Source: Orbicella franksi (lineage: Eukaryota). Taken from it: a stretch of 64,000 nt of DNA. Shown here piece after piece: positions 1 to 12,600 of this stretch (within the stretch, counting starts at the first letter, position 1; every line of letters starts with the position of its first letter). The position numbers were made by a program, and so were the translations under genes. The stretch covers positions 12,028,001 through 12,092,000 of the forward strand of contig OZ116705.1 in the NCBI GenBank assembly GCA_964199315.1. Reading direction: 5' to 3'. The notes beneath the pieces are model-generated. The model was not told where the DNA came from, ran no database searches, and saw only the letters and a list, made by a program, of their open reading frames with translations.

Positions 1-635
1 AAACGGGGCACGCATGTTTCATAATGAGCTAATAAATGTTCCATAAAAGACCACATCCATTAAATCTTATTTTAAATCTTATTTTTGAGAAAGATAGCAT
101 TCACGTGCACCATTCACGTGTACTCTTCTGACAAATAAAGCATGGATCGTTACATGTCATCTCCAAATGAAAAGGGAGGAAAAGGTACGTGGATTGGCCA
201 ATTTATGAACTTTACATGATGCAATAAATGAAAGATGCAAGAATTGAGCTGTGGTGCGGGTATTGCTTTGTTGCTGTTGTTGTTTTTTTTTTTGTTTCGT
301 TTTTTTTTGGGGGGGGGGGGGGAAGAGGGGTGAATCCCTTCTAAAACGCCATTTGGTGATGTCAATCACTTCACTTTATGCCTCAATCCCCTGGAGGGAA
401 CATTTGTTGCGCCGATCGAATATTCCTTGATCTCGCCATCCACAAAACCAATTAAACGACCGGATATGGATACTTTTGGTGGGCAGTGATAGAAAATCTA
501 AATTAAAATTGATGGGAGAGCAAAGGATGAAAGAGTCGAGGTGTTTCACAGGCAAACAAAAACTCAAGAGTAACAACTGATAGAAATACATGATTTTGGT
601 TTGATTATAGGAGGATAAAGGTCAGCCAAATATAC

Positions 636-3600
636 CCAGCAATGAGTGAATAAGCCTTGACAGTGGTCAGCCTGGTTATTTCATTCCTCAGTCTATCAAG
701 GAAAATAGGAAGGCACTTTGGCAGTTCCTGACCAAGCTCATCTCCAAGGCTACACAGGATCTGGCCCCTACATCAAAAACATTTAAAACAATCATAATTA
801 ATAATTATGACATAATTAGAGTGGTTTTCAATCGATTGTCATAAGACCAAAAACCAAACCAATAGACCTTTCCCGCATTCCAACAAACAATGGCGCTGAG
901 TTGAGGTCAGGGTGAACAAAAATACAGCAAATGTATGAAAATGTCTACCCCAACCTCGTTCTAGTGCTATTGTTCGAACGCACTGAAGTGGAATGTGGGA
1001 AAGATCAATTTCTTACCAATTAGAGTACTTAACTATACTCAAACCAGAGTAAAACAAAAACCAAAACCAAAGTAACTGCCTAATTGCTTTCGACACTCAA
1101 CTGAAACTGATCTATGAATAAACATTTAGTGACCTACAGCACTTTTAAAAGAGACATGTGATCTAAATGCGAGCTAGGTCAATTATGCAAGATAATTGAT
1201 GTAACTTCGAAACATACAATAAATTACTTTTAGCATGCAAATAAATGCATACATGTAGATTTTCATTTGTGTCCAACATGGTATGCTAACATTTACTGTC
1301 CTAGAACGGCCTGTTAAAGGAGGTATAAAGTGAGAAGTCATCTGCGTATTGCCGTAAGGGGTTCTCCACAAAATTTCCCTCCAAAGACCACGCTTGTTCG
1401 CTTTCAAGAAACGTGGACCACTTTGGAAAACCAATACGCAGTACCACAAAAAAAATTAACTTACACCTATGAACTCCTAATACACTTCTTTACTGAGTGG
1501 TATATACGTTGTGGCTTAATTTTACCCGAGGTAAATTTTGTATTTTACTTTAATTTTGTATATACTAAATTGTACCTCAGGTAAAATTGAACCACAACAT
1601 CCACAAAAATAAGTTTACAAAATAAACCCCCTGATTTGACTGGCTTGGTATTATGCACATGGAAGAATAATGAAGATACAGTTATTGTAACTGTTACAGA
1701 AAACTTGCACTGTACACCATAGGGAGTGAGTAACGTTCGATCCTCCAAAAACACATCCCCGTGAAATGTCAGTAAATTCAGTATTATGTGCATTTCATGC
1801 TTTTAAATGACTTTTAACATAATGAACAAAGACTATGAAACATGCAACATGGACCGTTCACAAGTGTAAATCATTTTCATCTTGTCTTACACCTGGATAT
1901 ATTGATATCTCATCAACTTACATGCACGATATGGCTCTCTCTTTGACCTCCTGGTCAATATCGGCAGCCTTTAGCCTTGTGAGCGTACACTGGTAGATAT
2001 TCCTCACATATGGTTTGAACTCAAAAGAGCTTGACTGAACTCCTAAAGTATTAGTTTAACAACAAGAAGGAGAAAAAAAAAAGAAAAAAAAAACGTTTTG
2101 CTTGAGCCCATGTATACATGTAATTTTTAAGTCGAACTTGAACAAATCCTATTTTTCAAAATAGGACATTGACTAACTGAAATGTTAGGTTTTCGAGTTA
2201 GCCTACGGACTTGTCATGTCTTTTTGAAGAACAGGAGAGAGAAATCAAAGTTTCGTTTTAGTTAAACAAAAACGTTATGCCAGGTATTGGTCTGAGTGAA
2301 TAATGCTTTATTGCTTTTGTAAAAGTAAACACGCTAAGCTCTTTAAAATGGGTCGAAAGCTCTTTTGAAAGAAATTGTCTGTTTCCCCATGATTGTTCCT
2401 GGAAGTGGTTTGTGTAAAATTTATGCAGCTGCATATCTGGTATGTACATGCACAATGTTGAAAATACATCTGGATCAGGGCAAAACAACTACATGTAGAC
2501 TTACCATGAGGCCTGATGACCTTGACTAGCTGCTGTGTCACCATCAAGGCTTCTGATGTGATCTTGTAGAATGGATCACCGACCGCTGCTACAACAGGCT
2601 ACGTTTAAACACATCAACAATGCATTAGATGTACTAGACAGGCAAAATAATTATCCACTACACAAAGCAGTTATTATTCTCTACAAAACCAAATAATTAT
2701 CATTATTAATTAAACAAGCATTACTTCATTTTATTTTCCCCTGATTTTTGATTGGTTGAAAGATCACCAGGTCACCTGCAAATACTTGTCAATAAGCGAT
2801 GTTCCACTCGTGTAGATTACACCAATTTCCATGACGTTTTGTAACGCACCAAATTAGGGGCTCATGCACTCTGTGACTTCTCTACGTTGCAGGTTCACAT
2901 GCCACGGATTCTATTTAAAAACATAAGTAAACATTCCTTCGCCACGTCCTTTAGCTTAATTGTCCACAAAAGAAGACGTCCTATCTCTGGCTTTGATAGG
3001 AGTTCTCAATCACCCCTCAAAAACTTCCTTCAAAGCTAGAGATTTCTCGCAAAGTTTCAAAATTATCTCATGGTTTTGAACATCGTGACAATGAACCTTG
3101 ATAACGCGTCGAGTCTGGCAGGTTTACAGTTGATACTTAAGTTTTATTTCTAATGACTGATGAAACACTTGATACAAGCACTTACTGGGACAAGCACGTG
3201 AATGTGTGGATGGAAGACTTTGGGAGGATGCTGAGCTAAGATGCAGCCAAGAAATGCTAACGTGTCGATCTTCATGTTTGATGTTGAACTCTTGTCTCTA
3301 AGATGGAGAAAGCAAAGAAGGCCAAAAACATATTTTATTCATAGAAGGAAGACCCTTCGCCCTCAAGGGCCACGGGTCTAATTGTTAATTATACTGTAGG
3401 AGATACTGTATGGTGATTACGTAATTAAGCAACCTTGCAGAAATGTTCAGACCCAACTGGTCAAATAAAAGGAAATTTGCTCCATTACTAATACATCGGG
3501 CACAAATTCCTTGCGACAATTAATCGTGCTATACCCTTTCAATATGCAGAATTGATAATTTTTACCTCAATCAGAAACTTAATCGCTTATGCTAATGAGG

Positions 3601-6600
3601 GAAGTGTTGTAAACAACTGTCGTCGTGGCTCGATTGTCAGTTCAATCTTTTCATAGTTAATGGAGGGGAAGGGTTATGAAACTCGACAAAGTTCTTTGTT
3701 GCACGTTTTTGTTCTCTGTTTTGGCCTTGACCGTGCACAAACCCCAATAGTTGTTTACTACTGACCGAGGAACTAACCAATGCAAACATGTTGATTACGT
3801 AACTCAGGCATAGTGTATGAACGCAAAACAAAAGATTGTGCACGGTCATGAACCTTCCAACATAAATCTTGGCATCTTTGTTTGCTCCTTTGATGTTTGC
3901 CGGGCTTCATAACCATTCCCCTCTATTAACTATGATCTTTTTTAAGAGTTTTTTCCGGCTTCCATGAACTTCGATACAATCTGGATTAACTAAATACAAA
4001 ACTGGATTGGCTAAAAAGAATGCTACCTAAAGCAGGATTGACATGTAAATGCTACAGTTTAAGGCCCCAGAGGTTTCATTCAAGAAACGCATCAAATGTT
4101 TTCAGTCCATACTACGCTGGAGGAATTCAAAAACCCAACAATCACTGATCATTTTGGATTTGTGTTTCAGGAAAATTCGGTCAGGGAAATCACGTGGCTA
4201 TCGTGACGCCATCGTTTTCGAAAAGCTCCGTTTTCGTAATGGATTAGTGAGGACGGTAGGCCTAACTGTAGAAATAAAGCTGCGTTTTCAAATCTCTGAT
4301 TCTCCGGTGTAGTGTGGACACTTCCTAAAAGTACAGTGTAGGTACATTCAGCACAATGCTTGGCTGAAAACAACGTCTTACCCCAGAGAGAACTGTATTC
4401 CAGGAACAATAGCACTAATGTGGTCAGACAAAGCTCCAGGCAAAACTGCAACGAGCTCTAGCAGCAAATGAAAACATCCCTAAAATGGACAGAGAGCTGG
4501 TTAAAAGTAGGTGAAGATAGTCACTACAACTACAACTTGACTGAAGAAATGAGCATTGGTTAAGCCGTGGGTTATCATTCTAGCATAAATCTGCAATTTG
4601 TGCAACTGTACATTCAGTTTACCAAAGAGATAGTGGTTTTTATGAAGGTCAGGCAGCAGATGGAAGGGACTTCGATGAGGTGAAGGGGGGTGGGGTGGGG
4701 GAGGGGGGGGGGGAAGGGACAAAGAGCAAGGAGAAACTGCACTCTTCCGATCTTCCCAGATTTTAAGCTAACGTTTCATTGCAAAGAATGATTTGCCCCA
4801 CCCCCTACACCCAATGCCCCTGACAGAAAACTGTATTTACCTGTCTGGTTTTGACACTTTTTTCTCTGAGCTGCTTGTGCAGAGCTCTGACAATAGACTG
4901 TATCTGGCTGGTTAAGAGATTCACTGGTCTAAAACACAAGAACAAAAGTACATGCATGTATGACACAGTAGTATAATTACAGCTAAAATGATTTGTTGTA
5001 TAGGCGCCGCAGTTATTAATCTGACATAAGTTAACCTCCTTTGTAACGTATTTGGAATTCAAGCTCAAGAGGCCGTTAAAGGAAAGACTGCCATACTGTT
5101 GCCACTCGTCAAAGTTTTTACCAGTTTTTGACTACTTTCTGATAACATTCTGAAACTTTCTGGTGAAATGGTCAAATGAGCAATTTATTTATAAAAATAA
5201 TTTATGCGTTTGTCTCCAACAGTCTTTGCAATTAACTTTGCTAGTTTACTGAGAAACCATCAGAAGACAGTTAGAAAGATGCAAAAAAGTCGCCAAAAAT
5301 CACTCAAGACAAGAACTTTGTCATGTTGCAATGGTACTGTAACATTTGCACTTCCAAGTGGACTGGATTCAAAGTCAAAGCAGTAAGGAAACTTCCAAGC
5401 ATTAGAAAACAGCAAACGGTAACAAAAAACTACAACAAACGGTAAGTTGTAAGTGGTAGGTTTTTTTGTTGCTGTTGTTTACAGTGAGTATGTCTATGAT
5501 GTACTTATTATTTTGCGTCTTACCCTGAATCATCCTCCATATCATCAGCATCAAGCGTCTGGCTGGCCACAGGTCTGGTTTGCCGCAGGAGGGTGATATA
5601 AGCTGCAAATATGTCAGCCTTCACATTCTCTTCCCTCTCTGAAAGAGAAAATCAAATGGATGTTTCCAAAAAAAAATTTTCCCTTAATTATCTACCCTGA
5701 GAGCCTGGGTACAGCCACTCACTCTCCTAAAGAAAAATCGGAACAACTGGGCATTTTATGTTACTGTTAATAGTGGTGTTCCTAGCTTAAATCATCCACG
5801 CATTAAACCCACTTGATCACATGACAACAAAAAGTGCCATTGGCGAGTGATCGTATGTGGTCATAGACACAATTAATCAATAGTACAACATGGGTGACCT
5901 CCTTCTGCTGTTTCTCAAGGAAAGTGCGTGGTTGTACACACTGTATATTTCAGCATGTCATGCTACAATTAGAGGAGCAAATATTTTGACATTTACAGTG
6001 GTTACACAAGGATGAGGTTTAGATTGGTATTTCTATTACCAATAATCAGCTCCAGACTTCTGTATTAAAGAGGTCAATATCATATATATGTACAGTGTTA
6101 ATTCTGGTTTCCCTGAGACCAAATGAACTGTCTATAATATCGAGGTGTACAATTTTTTTTTTGTTTTTGAGAAAGAAAGCACTGACTAAGAGAGCAGCTG
6201 CTACTCATAAGCATCACAGAATGGATATACATGTACCACATACAGTAAAAACCTGATTTTTTTTAACCTCCAAAGGAAACAACAATTGGTTTGAAACATC
6301 TGGTGGCTTCAGAAATCAGGGATAAAATTACAGCGTTTGACTGAGGGGAGGGATCGTTCAGGATTCCACGGTACATGTATAAGCATTTGAACCAAATAAT
6401 TCTTGCAACCATTGTATTGTAAACACAATCAGCACTTAGTACATGTATAAGACTTCCTAAAGGTCCTTTCAAATATTATTTCATCATCATTATGTTGGTG
6501 TGAATGTTGTACGGTGAAAATTTCTTGATTATAAGGCAGTGACAGAACTTTTGAATTATGACATACATCAGTTTGCTGTCATACCTTTGAATCTGGCAAT

Positions 6601-9600
6601 CAGTGCTGGAGAAACTGATTTGTAAAACTCGGACAGTAGTTCTGGTCGTGATCCCAGCACGGCTGACAAACACTTAGCTGCAGACCTGCGAACCTAAAAT
6701 ACCAACAGGAAATCGTTCAGTGATTGACACCAGTGGCAAGCTTTAGTAGTTCATACTGCAGTGCATACACCATCTCCTGCCAGTTTTTGAAACACGGGAA
6801 AAGAGGAATGCTAATACAAGTCATGTAGCTTACTATTATGAACAGATGGGTGGAGAAAGGTTCTTTATGATTCATGTCTCTTGCCCAAGAACACAGCACA
6901 ACACAACAGACGATGGACAAGCCTTTGAGGTAGTGTGGCTAAGTGGTTAGAGAGCTGGACTTGAAATCCGGAGGTGCAGGTTTAAGTCCTGCTCTGACCA
7001 CTACCTGGAACGGAGTGGATTCACAGAAGACACTAATGGAGTGTAAAGGTCATTATTTTATTTCTATTTTTCTACAACTATATGTACATGTACATGTATT
7101 CTCTATCTCCAATGCACCACTAACTCATTGAGTCAGTCTGTTATTACACGAAAATGAATGTCCACTGTACGCAAAAGTTTTGTCTTCTTACCTTCCAGCT
7201 CATGTCATCATCATCGCTGTAGTCATCATCCTCCTCCCTAAATAAACAGAATGTAGTTGGTTAATACACAATAAGCAAGACTTTCCCAGGATCGTAGTGG
7301 CCCACATGACTTCCATTTTATTCAGTTTCTATAGCCTGAAGCAAGTGGCAGTGTTTCTTCTCCCCCTCCCCTGGGCTCCTTGGTTAGAATTTCAGTCCAT
7401 CGGTGGGTTGTCATTGGTGGAACACCCAGCCCGATGCTTTACTGGGCGGGAACCAGTTCATACATGTACACTGTGATTGACAAAAGACTCTGTGAGAATA
7501 GTGTCTTTCCCAAGTACAAACTTGAACCAGGACTGCTCACTCTACATGTACATGAGGATTTTGAGGACAGTACAGCAACTATTTGACCACTGTTCCCTCA
7601 CAAATGTATGTGATCATGGATTGTATGTACAATTTTGTGCCATTTCCTTGTGCCAAAGTTATTTGCATCAAGATGAAAGGGAATGTTAGTTTCTTTCTTC
7701 AAATGATGTTTTGGGACATTCTGCTGCGATTTTGGGGGAAAAAGCCAAAAATATGGGTAAATGTGGAGAACAAAATGCTCATTTTTAAGGTCTACATGGA
7801 ACCATACTTTCTTGAGGGAGGAAGAGACAAGACCGTGGTAACAAGGTTGTGGAACATTAATTATTATGTACATACTGTATTGTAATGTGCTATTCCAAAA
7901 TTTTGCCAATATGGATAATGAGGTCCAGACTGAAAGAATCCAGGAAAACAATTCAGTACAGGGTCACTTACTCTTCTTCATCATCCTCTATGTCTGTTTC
8001 CATGAATTCATCTTCATCATCACTTCCATAGTTGTAGTTTGGATCGTAGCAAATGAAATCCAAGCAGAGCTCTGTAATCTGTGAAACAACAACAAAACTG
8101 TTACAACGTTACTGCAAACTACATGAAAACCACAAGTTAAACCATCACAAATAATGTGTACCGAAGAATCAGCTGTAGATGATAATAGCCATATAGTACC
8201 AGGACAAAATATTTTTTCCATAACTTGTACACGGTTGAACACTTTTTACTTTTTAGTGCAATTTTGAATGGTGACTGTCTTGAAAACCAAAACCAGTAAT
8301 CACTCCAGATAGCCAACCAGAGGACACAGATAATCCAACAAACCAATCCAAACTGGCAGCAAATATATGTACAGTGTAGCTTACGCCAAGCTTTGAAAAA
8401 TGAGTGTGAGTGAGACCACAATTTTTCTTCTTTATTTATTAATTGTGTACATGTATGTAACTGTTATTAATTGTATTTATCACAATTGTATTTAAGTAAT
8501 ACCATGCATAGAAATGAGAATTCTGGAATAATGTTCTTGTTGTTGTTTTTGTACTTCTGATTGGATGACAAAGTGGTACAAGTTTTTTAAGTCAATCACA
8601 CAGCATAACATATACAGTACAAATTATTATTTTTTGTCAAGTAAAAACAGTCTAAAAGTGAAAACTTCTGTTGACTGTAAGTCTTGAGAAAATTGTTTAT
8701 GAATACTATTCAATTACCAATGGGCATTCAGGGATGCAACTAAGAAAAAAATCATCAGGCTTATTAACAACCATGGATGGCTTTTCGGACCTAATTTGCA
8801 CCTTGCAATTCCTATTAAGTTTGGTTTCCAGTGAGATTTCAGCCAGTGATTAGTTCTCTTTCAGCTGGTGAAATTAGCCAGCAGCTGGCTTTTAGCTACG
8901 TCCCTGGAAATTCATGCACATGAAGACTACCAAATATCAGTTTCGTGCATTTACCTTTGGAATGTACGGGGTAACTTCCTTTGGGCATCTGCACACAAAG
9001 GACTCAAAAGCCTGCAAAACAATAAAACAAACTTTGTTATACAATCATTTACTGTCTTACATGTATCTTTAGTAGTACCGCGAGTTTTCTATTAGGCCCT
9101 CCAGAAGCTACATGTACAGTAAATATCAGTGTTCCAGATACGTGAGGGGTCTCGGGTCAAAAACCTGACAAGATCAGCTACACGGCCCGATAAATTAGAA
9201 GAAAAATTATTAGTGATTTGGTGGGAGCATTGGAAATTGACCCGTTAGAATTCCTTATTGGCACCCAACCTTTAAAAATTACCTGGAACCCTGAAATAGA
9301 CAATGTATTTTATGCAGGAGTCAGGGAGGGGGGTGGAAGTTGGGTATTGTCGAGGGTGGGTCCCAAAGCAAGTGGAGTACTTTAAATTTATGAAATGTGA
9401 CTTATTCTCTGGATTGGCATGGCTCAAAATGAATCCATTATTAATAATAATTTCTTTAGCTGTGACTGTGGAGGAAAACATTTAGGAGAGGCTAACAAGA
9501 CAGAAACTAAAGCTTAGAGTACATGTCCACACTATAATGACAAAATGTTTTGCCCGAAAAGAGAGGCGCTGATATTTGAGGGTGAAGGGGGTCTACATGT

Positions 9601-12600
9601 GTAGAAGAGGATTTACATGTACAGTGCATTGTACTTTTAGTTAACATTCACTTACTTTAACTCTCAGTCTAGTTGCCAAGGAATTGAAAAATCCCATCAC
9701 ACTGGTTGTTAACTTTTCATCTCACCTGAATGCAGTATTCTCGCAACTCATCATCATTCTCAACTTTAGAATACTGCACTATCATCGGTATGATCCTCTC
9801 CAAATGCTCTCCAACTCTGTGGCCTGCTTGGCGACTGCCATGCAAGATATATATTAATCACATTACATACAAAAATATTAAAGTGAAGTTAGGTATAAAG
9901 CATTGTTGGATTAATTTTCAAGTAACTGACCACTGCATAGTCGGGGCGGATACAGGATTTTAGAGTAGGGGGTTCAAGATACAGAGTGCTGAAGGCAGTC
10001 CCCTACAGCTCAGGGAGGTTCCAGGGGCATTGAGGTCCTTGGAAATGGGATTTCCAGCATTCTGAGGCCAAGTTAGCGTGATAGAAGGTCTCATTTTTTC
10101 TTTTTTTCATTTTTCCATTTAGAGGGTTCAGCCACCCGAAGTCCCCTACACCGCAGATCCACCCCAGGCATTAGTCATGCCGAAATATGTCTTTTAAAAG
10201 TTGTATCATGAGTTTCTCCTACCATATTGCTCCTATACATTGAATAAAAGTCCTAGTGGTGGAATGTGAGGCATTTTGTTTCAGCTCAGCTAACAAGTGA
10301 TCCATCAATTCAACAAACAAGCTACTGTTTGCACTTAGCACAAGATGGCCTGCAATTCAAGAACAAACATTTAGTATTAATAAAGGAATGATCAGGAAAT
10401 ATTCCCAGAAGAACAGAGAGTTTATGTTGTAGATGATGTTTTTCTTTATATTTACACATGAAAGACCCAAAGTTGCACCCATTATTACACTGCACTGCAC
10501 ACTGGAATCTTGATTTTTCAACCCCTTGATTTTTCAAACCTCCTGATCATCGAAGCATGTCTGCTCCCTTGAAAAAAAAAAAAAACATTTTGAGAAATGT
10601 AGCCAATCACCTTTCTCCAGAGTGGTTTGAAAAATTAGGATTCTACAATGTACCTTAGCTCTGATGGTAATGAAACAATGTTTACTTAACTAAATCAAAC
10701 TAGAGGTAACTTTCATACCAAGTGCAATGATTGTTCTCTTTCTGACTGCTAGTCTTGCACTCGTTAGTTGTGGCAACAAAGCCTGCTGAATGGACTGGTG
10801 ATATGATACCAAGAGACCTGAAAATATCAGATTTTCATATATGCGATGTACTGTACATTTTCACTCTATTACAGAAAAAATGTACAAACAAAGCTTGATC
10901 TCACATTACCACATGTAGGCAAGATCTCAGTGAAGCCATCACCATTTAAGATTAACGTAATAGTGGAATAACAAGTCCCTCACTCAATGGTTTAGCATAT
11001 ACACTGTACATGTAATATGTGCCTGCAGACATTTTGCTCATTGACCACATTTTTGTGCTATTACTAAAATACTACCAACACAAATCACTAAAACAATATT
11101 ATGTTAAGCCATCAAATACAGGTTGTAAGGATATACACACATGTACAATGTACTGTATTTGACTGATGTAAAATCATTCTCACACTTTATATTTACCCAT
11201 TAGGTTTAAATAACAGACAAAGCAGACTGACAAGACCGGTTAACACATCTCTAAATGCACATCACATAACATTACTACTTATATGTGTCACATAATAGTA
11301 CCATTGATTGCAATTCTATCCAGCTTATGGCTCATCTGCTTCCAAGTCACTCTGGGTGCAGCAAGTAATAAATGGAAAAGGGCTTATCCAAGTCAAAAGC
11401 TCAGAGACAAAGCAAATTTTGACACTTTTTTGCCCTACATGAACATGTAAGTCTTATTATTTGGATCCCTGTGATATTTCTATGTACTTCAAATGTGTAA
11501 CCTCCACCCTGTAACATCTCCACTTAAGTATTAATGTCCTTGAAATCAGCTTACCTCCAAACCTGCTCAGAAGATCTCCAAGAATGTCTAAGGCTTCCAA
11601 CTGAACGGACACATCAGTACTCTAACAAGAAGATCAAATAACTTCTATTAAATTGTATACTGTACACATATGAAAAAAAAAGTGACGTGCACAACTAAAG
11701 TTGCATGTTTCCTTGGTGCTTGGAAGTAAAACAGCACATCACGATAAAATGGGGTTCACTTTCTTTTTTGCAGCAAAGGGGTAACTACAGTTAAAATAAT
11801 TTAAAAAATGTGAATGCTCAACCTGGTTTGCCTTATCATGGTTAATACAAATGAGAACTGCATGGGGATTGGCTTCATTAATACTAAGTGCGGAGACGAA
11901 AAAGAAAACAATTTCCCTGTAGACTTAAATGAGAAATGCTGCAGGGACATGCACCACAGGTGGGTGTTTCCATTGATAGTTTTTTCAAGTTCTCCCAAAC
12001 TTTTACAAGTGTGTTCCCATAACTTTATAGAAACACAGAGAAATGATTTCCATTTCTTTCACAAACAGTGTGATTTCAAAAAGAGCAGAGGGAAAGAAAG
12101 TTTTTTCATATTAATAAGTTATCACTAAATCCTTTCTTTAACATTACCCACCTTGGAAATTGCATTTGTTAACCGACCAGTTATTCTACGGCAGATGTTG
12201 GCAGCCAATGAGGAAGATGCAGGAGGCAATTCACCAATAACAGTTTTCAAACCTGCACGTACGGAAACACAGAAGATGAGGAAAGTTACATGGTGTATTT
12301 AGACTTCAACATGTGTGACCCCACAATACATTGTACTAAATTGCATTTGGTCCTTGACTAGTTCAATCTTACTCCCATAGGCCAAAATTCTTTTTGCTCC
12401 ATGCACATGTACTTTAGCACCTAGAATTGAAACCTCTGAAGGAAATCAGCAGATGAGGCAGCAAAAGTGACTGCTTTTGCTCTCTATATGCATGTTCAGA
12501 ACCATTACTGAACTTACATACATGCCAACCAACCAACAAACATTGTCTGATTCCATATTTTTATTTGTCTAGAGTGTCAGACATTACATGTAGGTCACTG